From assembly GCA_001784175.1 (NCBI GenBank), contig MFPR01000002.1:62001-110685 (forward strand): a DNA stretch of 48,685 nucleotides. Direction: 5' to 3'. A model generated the notes under the pieces. It saw only the letters and a list, made by a program, of their open reading frames with translations, did no database searches and had not been told where the DNA came from. This DNA is from Candidatus Lindowbacteria bacterium RIFCSPLOWO2_12_FULL_62_27. GTDB lineage: Bacteria > Lindowbacteria > 2-12-FULL-62-27. This document shows positions 26,001-38,000 of the stretch, piece by piece. Every line of letters begins with the position of its first letter. Position 1 is the stretch's first letter. The translations under genes and the position numbers were made by a program.

Positions 26001-29000
26001 TCTTCAGGAACGGACCCGGCACGCTGTCCCGGACGTTGAGTCCGATGACGGCCGTGTAGGCGGCCGTGTTCAGTATCTTCGGGTCCGTCGTCAGAAGGTT
26101 CGCCGCCACCACCGGCATCTGCACTGTGATCGTGTCGGTCCGCACGTCGGCGGAAGGCACGGTCTGCGCGTTGTTGAAGACGATGCCGCCCTTCGGAATC
26201 CGGACCCGCATGCGGTCCCGGAACGTTGCCGTGGCCGAGGTGCGGATGACGACGTAGAGGTCGGGCCCGATCTCGGAGCCGGTGTTCGCGACCGGGATGG
26301 TTTCGGACACCGACAGATATAGCGTGACCGTTTCGGCCGCGCTCCAGACCGGCGCGCCCGACAGCGGGATCCGCTGGTCCTTGCCGTCGAATACGCCCGA
26401 GAGCATCCCGTCGTCGCGGTAAAGCTGGATGCCGCTCGAGCTGTCGTTGGTCGTTGCGGCCAGATCGCTCGAATCGAATCCGTTCAGATTGTCCAACGCC
26501 ACCTGCACCGCCGTCAGCCGGCCGCCGGCCGTCGGGTCCCACAGGTCGAGCCCGAAAACCGCGATCGTATCGGACGGCGCCGGCACGCCGGCCGGGGCCA
26601 GGTTCGAGACGCTCACGGTCAGGCGCGGAGAGATCGCGATGGTGAATACCGTGTCGTGTGCGTTGCCCGCCTCATCGATCACGCGGAGTTTGACGGCGAG
26701 AGACGTGACGTTCGATCCGGGATTGACGTAGTAAATCCACCGGGCCTGCGAGTCAGTGAGACCCGCCTTGCCCATGTCTTCGTCGATCAGCGGGAAGAGC
26801 TCGGCTCCCACCGGCGTCTGAACGCCCGCAGTCTTGCCCTGCGACACGACCTGATTGGCGCCGGTGTACCGCACGGCCGGCAGGCTGTCCGACGGGATCA
26901 TGAGGAAGACTTCATCGACGCCGGGCTCGAACACGCCCGCCTTGCCGGCCGGATCATCCGCCCAGAAATCTCCGCGGGCGGAGGCCTGCGGGAAGACGGC
27001 CGACCAGTCGTCGTTCTGGTTGACCGAGTCCTGATATTCCTCGTCGACCACGCCGTCCTTGTCGTTGTCGACGCCGTCGCCGGACAGACTGGCCGTGTCG
27101 AAGGTCGACCCGCCGTCCAGGCTGATCTCGACTTTCCGCACCTTGCTCACGCGCCCGCGCGGCGACATCGTGGCGTCGGCGAGGCCGGACAGCCGGATGG
27201 ATCCGCTGTCGTCGTAGGTGGTGGACGACGTGGTGGGCCGGGTGGAGTCGAGGGTGAAGACGATTGTTTTTGTGTCCTCGTTGCCGCGCTCATCGGCCGC
27301 GATGACTTCAAATGTGTACTGGCCGTCGGCGAGGGTGAATCCGGACACCTGGATGTTGTAGTTGATGTTGGCCGCGGGCGTGATCGGCAGGGTGAACGGC
27401 CCGGAATAACCGCCGGCGGCGTCCTCCTTGTACCGGTACCGGATCGACGTGATCTTGAAGTTGTCCGTCACGGTGCCGCGGACGGCCGCAAGCGTGCTGG
27501 TGTCGATGAGGACGCTGGCGAGTTTCTGGGCGAACTGGGTGAAGTAGGCGTTGAGTTCGTTCAGATCGTTGGCCCGGGTCATGATGCCGCCAGTCTTGGC
27601 GGCCATGTCCTGCATGAGGATGAGGTCGGTGCCCACCAGGGACGGATTGAAAATCACCGGGTCGACCACCACGAAGGACTGGACCGCCGTGTCGGTCGCC
27701 GCCTGCACCACCGTGTCCGCCTCGGTCGGCCTGCCGTCCGTCACCATCATGATCCGCTTGTTCGTCGACGCGAGGTTCGCGTTGACGTACTGGACGGCGA
27801 AACTGATGGCGGTGCCGGTCGCGGTCTGGCCGCCGGTGGTCACGAAGCCTGATATTTTGTTCTTGAGCGCGGTCTTGTCCGTCGTGAACGTCTGCTCGAT
27901 CCGCGTCAGCTCCGGCGTGCTGAAGGACGCGATGGCGATGCGGATGTTGGGATCGACCTGGTCGATGAACGACAGCAGCGCTGTCCGAGCGTCCGACAAC
28001 CGCGTGGTGCCGGAGCCGGTCGATGCGTCCATGCTGAGGGACAGATCGAGCAGAACGACGAGGTCCATGCTGCTGACGGGATTAAAGATGAACGGATTGT
28101 TGGACAAAAGCGCGTTCGCGGACGGATAGACGATCGTCACGGCCGGCGCCTGGTTGTCGGCGGTCGGCGCTGCGGTTACGGTCTTCGTGATCATCCCGCG
28201 GCGGCTCGGCCCCGAATCGAAGATTGCGCCGTGCGGCGCCACGCGCACCTGGAAGACGTCGCCGTTCGTGAGCGAGGCCGACGTGCGGACGATGACGTAG
28301 AAGTCGGAGGTGTCGTAGGCGCCCGTGTCAAAGGCCGGCAACGGGGTGTCGGGCAGATCAAGGGTGAAGACGTACTGGCCGCCCGAATCGAGTTTGGCGT
28401 TGGTCGCGTTGGACGCGACCGAGACGATCATGCTGTCGGTGAACCGGTTGAACGTGCCGGCGTCGGTGGAGCCGGAGTCAATCCAGATTTCAACCGCGAT
28501 CAGGTCCTGCAGGGAGAAATTGGTAATCGGGACGATGCTGACCGCGATCGTGTCCAGCCGCAGGCCCCGGCCGGTGTCGCCGACGTCGATCCCGATCACG
28601 GCTTTCGTGTCCTCGGCCGTCACGGAATCGTTCGCGACGGTGAGGTCGATCAGGTTCAGGCGCGGTAGAATCCGGATGACCGGCGACGTGTCCGAAATCG
28701 ACGAGAGGCCGTCGCTGAATTGAATGCCGCTCGCCGGGATGATCACCACAAACGTGTCGCCCGGCCGCGCGTTCGTCGAGGTCCGGATGACCACGTAAAA
28801 GTCGCTGCCCGACGCCGAGCCGCTGTCCGACGCCGGGATGGCCTGCGGCGCGGTCAGGGCCAGCGTGATTCTGAATCCGCCCAGCCCGCTGTCCCACACC
28901 GGCGCGCCGCCCACCGGCAGGAGCGCGTCGGTGGTGTCGAAGACGCCGTCGATCGTTCCGTTATCGGCGTAGATCGCCACGCCGCCTGATCCGGCCGGCA

Positions 29001-32000
29001 TCAGGATGTTGTCGAGGTCGGTGTCGGCCTGGAGCGTGACCGCCTGGAAGGTCTTGCTGGCGACGCCGGCCATGTTGAGTCCGAAGAGCGCGACCTTGTC
29101 GCTGCCGACGTCGATCGAGACTGGCGCGAGGTTGGTGACGTTGACTTCGGCAGTGAAGGTGAAGACGAAGGTGATCGTATCCGCGTTGCCGGCCTTGTCC
29201 TGCTTGAAGACCGTCAGGAAGTAGGTGTCGCTTTCGTCGATGGCGTCGATGATGTTGGCGCCGGCCAGCGGGATGGCGATGCTGTCGGCGCCGGCGGTGT
29301 TCGCGGCGCCGATGACGGTCGAAAGGACGCTGCCGTTGCCCCGCGTGAGCGTCACACGGGACACGCCGGTGTCGACGCCCGAAAACGCCAGGACGTTGGG
29401 GTTCGAATCCGACAGCACGACCCAGATGAGGTCAATCGCCTGCGATACGATGCTGTCCGAGGCCGAGATGACCTTCGGCGCGCCGCCCGCGCGGACGTTG
29501 AACGACGTGGCGCGCGCGACGGTGTCGTCGAACAGAATCCGGGTGCGGGTGTCCTCGGTGACGTTCCCGGCGCTGTCCTCCATATGGAAGACGAGGGCCT
29601 GCCGGGCGTTGGTGACGTTGATGAAGGTCAGGGTGTCGGCGGCGGCCGTCAGGTTGAGGGTCTGCGCGACATCCACGCCGTCGTTGTAGACGTCGTTGTT
29701 GTTCATGTCGGTGATCAACCGCGCCCGGCTCGTCGCGCCGCTCAGTTTCAGGCCCGCCGGAAAGTCCGTGATCGAATACGTAAATACGGTGGTCCGCGTC
29801 GTCCCGCCGGTGTCGGGCGACAGCGCCGACAGGACCGGGCCGGCGTTGTCATAGGAGAATTTGCGGGCGAGCTGGAAGATGTTGCCGTTGTTGTCCCGCG
29901 CCACGGCCGAGGCCTGGTAGATGCCCGGCGGGGGCGTGCTGTCGGTGAGCCAGAAGTAGGCGCGGTTGCCCTTCTTGAATTTCGTGCCGGTGATCGTCGC
30001 GCCCGTGGTGGTGTTGATGAGCGTGAGGATGTCGCTCGTGGCGGTGTCGATCCCGGCGGTGTAGCCGCTGAGAGACGTGTCGACGAACTCGACGCTGAGG
30101 GTGTCGAGTTCGGTCGAGAAGGCCTCGTTCTCCTCGATCGTGTCGTTGATCGTCCCGCTCAGGCTGTCGCCCCGGTACCAGTTCCAAGCCGAGGGGAAGG
30201 TCATGTCGACGATGAAGAGGCGGGTGTCGTTCAGGATGTTCAGCGCGTGGTCCCGCGTGCGGAATTCGATCAGGTAGGTATCGTCGTGCAGGCCGGTCTT
30301 GGACAGGGCCAAAAAGAAGGTCAGGGTGATCTTGGAATCCGACGTTGCGACCGACAGCGTCCCGCCGATTTCGACGTCGACCGAATCGATGATGTTGTTG
30401 CTGTTCTCGTCGCGCCAGACCTTGGCGTAGGAGACCCCGCCCTGTGTCGTCAGCCGGCCGTCGATCTTCGTCAGGTTGTCCGACGCCGTCACTTCGACCT
30501 TCGTCAGGCCGTTTTGCGTGTCGTTGACGACGGTCGTCGCCGGCGCCAGCGCCGAGATGCTCGGCTTCGTCTGGTCAAACACAAACGTCTTGTCGTCCGG
30601 GTCCGTGCCGGTCGTGGCGTTGGCCTCGAAGTTCCCCGCTGCGTCGACGGCCTGCGCCTGCACTTTGTACGTGCCCTCGCCGCCGGCGGTCAGGGTCGCG
30701 GACGGAATGACGGCCGAATACGTGTCATAGCCGAGGCTCTGCCAGTTGGAGACGGTGTCGGCCGACTCGATGTAGGAGCCGAAGGTGCCATCGGGATTCT
30801 GGACCCGGATCCGCGCGCGCCGCATCTCGCCCGAGGGCGTGGACCGGCCGAAGACAATGAGGGGGCCGGCGTTGAAGGGACTGGTCTGCGAGCCGCCCTG
30901 GACGATGATGGTCTGAACGTCGGCGTCCGGCGAGAGGGTGTCGATGCGGAAGAAGGTGAATTGATCTTCGGCCCGGACCTCGACTGAGGTCAGGTTGACG
31001 TCGCTGTCGGCCGTGTCCGCGGTCACGACGCCCATGACCGAGACTGTGTCGATCCGCGTGAAGAGTTTGGTGAGATCGCCGGTTACCGCCTGGCCGACCT
31101 CCGTGCCGGTGTCAAGCGTGATCGTGTCCTCGAGGCCCCCGCCGCGGACCACCACGCGCGTCTGCGTGTCGATCTTGTCGCCCCGCACGATCACCACGAT
31201 CGGGCTGGCCCGCGGCAGAATCGAATCGCCGCTCACCGCAACGCCCGTGTCGCCCACGCCCTTGAGATTGACGCTCCCGCCGCTCGAGATGCTCTGGTTG
31301 CCGTCCGTGTCGGTGGCGCGGGCGAAGACGACGTTGAATCCCTGGCTGAGCGGGATGGTGGTCGTGAACGCGCCGGACACGGACGCGGTGACGCTCACTG
31401 CGAAAATGTCGTTCACCGAGATGTCCACCACCGCGCCCGGATCGGCCTGGCCGGTCACGATCGAACTCGTCGCGGACAGCGACAGGTTATCGGCCGTCAG
31501 AATCTTGGGCGCGGCCGGACGCTTGTTGTTGATGACGACTTCGCCGCCGGCCGTGAGAACCTCGCTGGTCGTGCCCTCCAGCGCGGTGATCTTCCAGAAA
31601 TAGGTCTTGATGGCGGCCTGCGACAGATACACGCCGGCGTTGTCCTTGCCGAAAAACACGAAGGATTTGCCCGCCGGATAGACGTTCAGGGTGTGGCTGT
31701 CGGTGAAGACGGGGGCGGTGTCGTTGGCGTTGGCGAAGATCTGGAAGGTGACGGTCGACGTATTTTCGGCGCCGTCCACTTTGTAGCCGATCGACGCAAA
31801 GTCATTTTTCCCGTCGGCCAGAATCGGCGAGATGCTGGTCGGGGTGAGGGCGACGTTGGTCAGCGAGAACGGCGTGTTGTCGATCCGGACCTCCGCGCTG
31901 GCCTCGGCGGTGAGGCCGTGCCCGTCCGCGGTCTTGACGACGACCCGGTACAGGCCGTCGGAGAGCTTCGTGCCCTTGTTGCCGTCCCACGTGACGAGGG

Positions 32001-35000
32001 CGTCCGTCACGTCGCCGGTCACCTGGTTCAGGGTCTTGACGAGCGCGCCGGTGGCTTTCGAGTAAATCTCAACCCGGCTGGTCGCGGCGCCGATCGTCGA
32101 GTACCGGATGGTCGTTGCGTCCTTGTCGCCCGGCGTGACTTCGGGGCTGAAGGGGCTGGGCAGCGGAGACTGCGTGATGGTGACGACCGGCGGCACCTGG
32201 TCCTTCACGCCGGTCACCGTCACGTTGGTCTTGTTGCCGCTCTTGTCCGTCACCCGGATCTCGAAGGTGTAGGTGTCGTCCAGCACCAGATTGCCGTTGA
32301 TATCTTTTCCGTCCCACACGATCACGTTCTGGCCCGCGCTCTGGGACACGCCGGCCGCGGTCGGCGCCGTGTCGATGAAGGTTCCGTCGCTGGCCTTGAT
32401 CACCACGAGGGCGGTGTCGACGGTTTCGTTCAATACATATTTGACGGCCGCGCCGTTTCCACCGAACACCGCCGGGTCGACCACCGCGTCCGAAATCACG
32501 GGTGCCGTCACGTCCGCGATCCCCGTGTCGTACCGGATCACCAGCGTGTCGCTGGTGGGGCCGGTGTTGCCCGCCGCGTCCACGGCGTAGGCCACGATCC
32601 GCCAGTCGCCCAGCGTGTCGCCGAGCTGCGCGAAGTTGATCGTCCCCAGCCACGATGACGCGCCCGACGCCTGGCTGTCCATCCGCGCGACCGTTTCCGA
32701 CGCGCCGAAGTCCGCGCCCGGCAGATAGACGCGCACGAACACTTTCGCGACGCTTCCGGTCGTGTCGGTCGCCACGCCCGTGACGGCGATGGGGCCGACG
32801 TTGAACTGTGCGTTCTGCGCCGGCGTCACGATCCGCGCCTGCGGCAGGTCCTTGTCGAAGATGAAGGTCGCGGTTTCGGACATGAAGTTGCCCGCGGCGT
32901 CGATGGCCGTCACCACGATCGTGCAGACGCCCGCCTCGACCGCGAGGTCCAGGATGTTGCCGCCGACGAGCTGCCGGCCCATCGTGTCGGTCGCGGATTC
33001 GAAAACGAACGAGCCGACTTTCTGGTTGGCCGCGTTGTAGAAGGTCACGGTCGTGGTGTCGTTGTAGCCGGTCACGTCCGTCGTGTCGCCGTTCGTGCTC
33101 GGGGCGGTGTCATCGAGGTCGACGCCGGCGAAAATTACGCTGTCGTTGTAGGCCCGCGTCGCCACGAAAACCTCCTGAATCCCCGATCCGGTCGCGGTCA
33201 CGGGAATGGTCTCCGTGACGCTCACGCCGGATCCGTGGACGATCACAAAATTCTGCCGCGTGGGTTTGACGGTGTCGTACCGGATGATTCGCGTGTCTTC
33301 CTGGACGTTGCCCGCGCGGTCGACCACGCGGACCCACAGGGCGTAGTCGCCGTCCTGCGTGCCGTTGGTCTGCCGGCCCAAGCTAAGCGTGCTGACGTCG
33401 ATGGCGCCGGGGGTGCCGCTCGCGTTGAGGTTGAGGGCGGTGACCGCCTCGCTGAACGTCGCGTCGCCGTTTTCGTCCCAGATCCACCGCAGTTGCGGCG
33501 GGGTGTCGGCGCTGACGCCGGTCACGGTGTCGCCGACGCGGATCACGATGTTGTCCAGCTTGGGCGTCTTGGCGCCGGTGTCGGGCGAAATCGAGAAGAA
33601 CGGCAGTTGCGCGTCGTACCTGAAGGTCCGCTTCTCGCTCTTCTGGTTGCCCGCGCGGTCGAAGGCCGTGATCTGGACCTCCAGCTCGCCGCTGACCGGC
33701 GTTGAGTCGGTCAGCCAGAAAATCGCCATCGAATCGCCGGCCGTGCTCACAACGCCCGCCACACTCTGGCCCGTGGTCTTGTTCGTGGCGCTGATCGAAC
33801 TGCCGGCGAGGTTGATCCCTCCGTTGAATTTGAAGCCGATGTCCGTCGCGACCTGGCTGGAGGAGTCGGTGAGCAGGATGACGATCGAGTCGATGACCTG
33901 CGTCGCGCCGAAGATCTGGCCCTCCGCGATGGTCGCGCCGCTGCCGCGCTCGTTCACATAAAAATTGCTCCCGATTACGGCCGGACCCACGCTGTCGACC
34001 ACGAAGGAGTCGGTCAGGGTTGCGGTGTTGCCCGCGTTGTCCGACACCACGACGTACACGCCGTAGACGCCGTCCTTGCGGCCGTCCGGCGCGATGTCGA
34101 AGACGAGGTCCATCGTGACCTGATCGCCGGGCACCGGGCCGTTGTGACTCAGGACAATTCCGACGCCGGCGCCGGACGGGTCGACCAGCCGGCCGGTGCC
34201 GGTGGTGGTGTTGATGTCAACGCCGGAATTTTTCTGGCCGGTCACGGGCGCGGCCGGGTCGGTGAACTTCAGGCGGACCTTGCCGACGGACGTGCGGACG
34301 GTCGTATCGAAACTCGTGAGGGTCTTCGAGCCGGCCGCCGTGTCGTCCACGATGAGGAATCCGGCGCTGATGAAGGCCGGCGCGGTCTGGTCCAGCGTGA
34401 ACTCGAACGCGGCCGAGGTGTCCTGGTTGCCCGCCTCGTCGACGGCGACCGCTTCGACCTTGTAATCGCCGTCGCCGCCGGCCAGCAGGTTCGCGTTTGG
34501 CAGGCGCGCCACCCACGTGTCAAACGCGCCGCCCGACACGGCCGTGTCGGGGTTGTTGAGGCCCGCAAAGTCCGTCGTGCTGACTCTGACGGTTGTCTTG
34601 TTCGGCAGCGTTACCACAACGTCGACGCGCTTGAGGCCGCCGGTCTTGCCGGCCGGGGTGCTTCGGCCCAGAATCAGGATGTCTTCCGACGGGTCCTGGA
34701 TGCTCTTGCCGTTGAAGGGACCGACCTGCCCGCTGGCCTCCTCTCTGGCCTGCGTGACGCTCGGCAGGGGTGCGACATTGTCGAGCCGTAAAAAGACGAA
34801 TTGATCTTCCGCGCGCACTTCGAGTGAAAGGCCCGTCGCGTCGCTGTCGCCGGATTTGACGCCGATGGTGTCGAGCCGGCTGAAATTTATGTTGCCGGTC
34901 ACGGCTTGGCCGATGAGCGTGCCTGTGTCGATCACAATCGTGTCCTGCAGCGACCCGCCGCCGACGACGACCACCGTGCGCGTGTCGACGTTCGAGCCTC

Positions 35001-38000
35001 GCACGATCAGGACCGCCTTGCCTGCGCGCGGCAGAACCGTGTCGCCGCCCGACTCCACCCCGATCACGACGCCGCCTGACGTGTCCGCGCCGGCCATGCT
35101 GACCTGCTTGCCGCTTCGCACGCTCTTGTTGCCGACCGCGTCGGTCGCGGTGGCGTAGAGGGCGTTGTCGCCCTGCGCGATCGTGACGGTCGCGCTCCAC
35201 GCGCCGGTGGTGGCGTTGGCGGTGGCTGTCGTGACGTCGGAGCCGTTCAGGTTCACGGTCACCAGCGCCCCCGCCTCCGCCACGCCGCTGACCGTCTGGC
35301 CCGTGAGGGCGGTGGCGAGGTTGTCGGGCGTGAATATCTGCGGGGCGTCCGGCCGGGCGTTGTCGATGGAGACGTTGCCGCTGGCGGTCAGGATCTGGCC
35401 GTTGGAATTGTCGATCGCGGTGACTTTCCAGTAATAGGTCTTCGTGGCGCTCGGACTCAGGATGACGCCGGCGTCGGTCTTGCCGCGGAAAATGAACGAC
35501 TTGGCCGCCGGGTAAACGTTGACGGTCACGCTGTCGTTAAAGACCGCGACGGTGTCGCCGGGATTGGCGAATACCTGGAAGAGCGCCGACGCGCTGTCCT
35601 TGGCGCCGTCCATCTTGAAGCTGATCGTGGTGAAATCGTTGACTGCGTCGCCGTTCTCGGGGCTGATGGTCGCCGGGCTCATGGCGACGTTCGTCAGGCT
35701 GAAGGGCGTGTTGTCGATCTCGACCTCGGTCGAGACTTCCGACGTGAGGCCATGCCCGTCCACCGCCGTGACCACGATCCGGTACTGGCCGTCCGGTTGA
35801 GGCGAAGCCGCGCCGCCGCCGTCGAGGGTGACCAGCGCGTTCGTCACGTCGCCGGTCGGCGCCGCGTACGACGTGAACGTGACCTTCGCGCCCGTGACTT
35901 TCGAATAAACGTCCACACGGCTCGTGACGGCGCCTATCGTGCTGTACCGGATCGTCGTCACGTCGTCCTCTCCCGGCGTTGCGGCGGGACTGAACGGGTT
36001 CGGGATCGCGCTCTGCGTCAGAGTCACCACCGGCGCCACCTGGTCCTTGATGCCGGCCACCGACACGCTCGCCTTGTTGCCGCTCTTGTCCGTGACGCGG
36101 ATTTCAAACGTGTAGGTGTCGTCCAGCACGAGATTGTCGTTGATATCTTTTCCGTCCCACACGATCGCGTTCTGCCCGGCGCCCTGGGAGAGGCCGACGG
36201 TCGGGACCGAATCGATGAACGTCCCGTCGCTGGCCTTGATCACCACAAAGGCCGAATCGACGGACTCGTTCAATACGTATTTGATCGTCGCGCCGCCCGC
36301 GCCGAACACGGCCGGGTCGACCACGGCGTCGCCGATCTGCGGCGCCGTGACGTCCGTGATGCCGGTGTCGTACCGGATCGTCAGCGTGTCGCTGAGCGCG
36401 CCCGTGTTGCCGGCGGCGTCGACGGCGTAGGCCACGATCTTCCAGTCGCCCAGCGTGTCGCCGAGGAGCGTGAAATTCACGGTGCCGAGCCAGGAGGCGG
36501 CGCCCGAAGCCTGGCTGTCCTGTTTCAGCTTCGTGATCTGGCCGAAGTCGGTGTCCGGAACGTACACGCGCACGAACACCTTCGAGACGCTGCCGACCGT
36601 GTCGGTTGCGGATCCGGTGACCGAGATCGGGCCGGCGTTGAACTGCGAGTTCTGCGCCGGCGTCGTGATCCGCGCCTGCGGGTTGTCCTTGTCGAACACG
36701 AAGGTTGCGGTTTCGGCCATGAAGTTTCCGGCGACGTCGACGGCGGTCACGACGATCGTGCAGATTCCGGCCTCGGCCGCCGCGTCCAGGATGTTGCCGC
36801 CGGACAGCAGCCTTCCCATCGAGTCGGCGGCGGCGTTGAAGTCGAACGTGCCCACTTTCTGGTTTGACGCGTTGTAGAAGGTCACCGTGGTCGTCTCGTT
36901 GTAGGCCGTGACGTCCGTCACCCGGCCGCTCTGGCTCGGCGTTGTGTCGACGAGGTCGACGCCCGCCAGCACCACGCTGTCGCCGTAGGCTCGCGTCGCC
37001 ACAAAGACCTGCTGGGCGCCGGACCCGGACGCGGTCACGGGGATCGTCTCGAAAATCGTCGCGGACAGGCCGTGGGCCAGAATGAAATCGACCCGCGTCG
37101 GCTTGACGGTGTCATAGCGGATGATTCGCGTGTCTTCGAGAATATTGCCCACGCGGTCGACCACCCGCACCCACAGGGCGTAGTCGCCGTCCTGGGTGCC
37201 GTCGGTGAGCCGGCCGAGCGAGAGGGTGCTGACATCGATGGCGCCCGGGGTGCCGCTCGCGTTGAGGTTGAGGGCGGTGGCGGCTTCGGTGAAGGCGCTG
37301 TCGCCGTTTTCGTCCCAGATCCACCGAAGCTGCGGCACGGTGTCGCCGCTCACGCCGGTCACGGTGTCGCCCACGCGAACCACGATGTTGTCCAGCCGGT
37401 TCACCTTGGCGGCGGTGTCGGGGAAGATGGAGAAGAACGGCAGCTCCGCGTCGTATTTGAACGTCCGCTTTTCGCTCCGCTGGTTGCCCGCCTGGTCGAA
37501 GGCCGTCACGAGGACCTCGAGGTCGCCGCTGACCGGGGTCGAGTCGGTCAGCCAGAAGACCACGAGGGAGTCCCCGGCCGTGCTGATGACCCCGCCGATG
37601 CTCTGGCCGGTCGTCTTGTTCGTGACGCTGATGGAACTGCCGGCGAGGTTGATCCCGCCGTTGAATTTGAAGCCGAGGTCCGTCGCGACCTGGCTCGAGG
37701 AATCGGTGAGCTGGACGACGATCGAGTCGATCTGCTGGCTCGCGCCGACGATCTGGCCCTCCACGACGGTCGGGCCGCCGCCCCGGTTGTTCAGATAGAA
37801 ATTACTGCCGATGATGCTCGGACCCACGCTGTCGATCACAAAGGAGTCGGTCAGCGTGGCCGTGTTGCCCGCGTTGTCGGCCACCACGATGTAGACGCCG
37901 TAGACGCCGTCCTTCTTGCCGTCCCCGGCCACGTCGAAGACCAGGTCCAGCGTGACGGCGTCGCCCGGGGTCGGGGCGTTGTTGCTCCGCACGATCCCGA

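Larger units (their letters stand above)
18742..29151 (-). repeat. Core region with five pairs (ten units) of an unrecognised ~170-aa domain interleaved with the vWA modules
   Basis: Type X pairs at ~18742-19770, 21310-22350 and 25603-26637; type Y pairs at ~23905-24900 and 28159-29151. Shared motifs include (Y/A)RDxGxxxGxFDxxD and DF(Y/F)xVxxT. Confidence 0.8.

Noticed and set aside
16276-31185. Overall RGD count as evidence of eukaryotic integrin targeting
   Set aside because: About six RGDs were seen, roughly what composition predicts for a 16,000-aa Gly/Asp-rich protein, and several are duplicates of one another.
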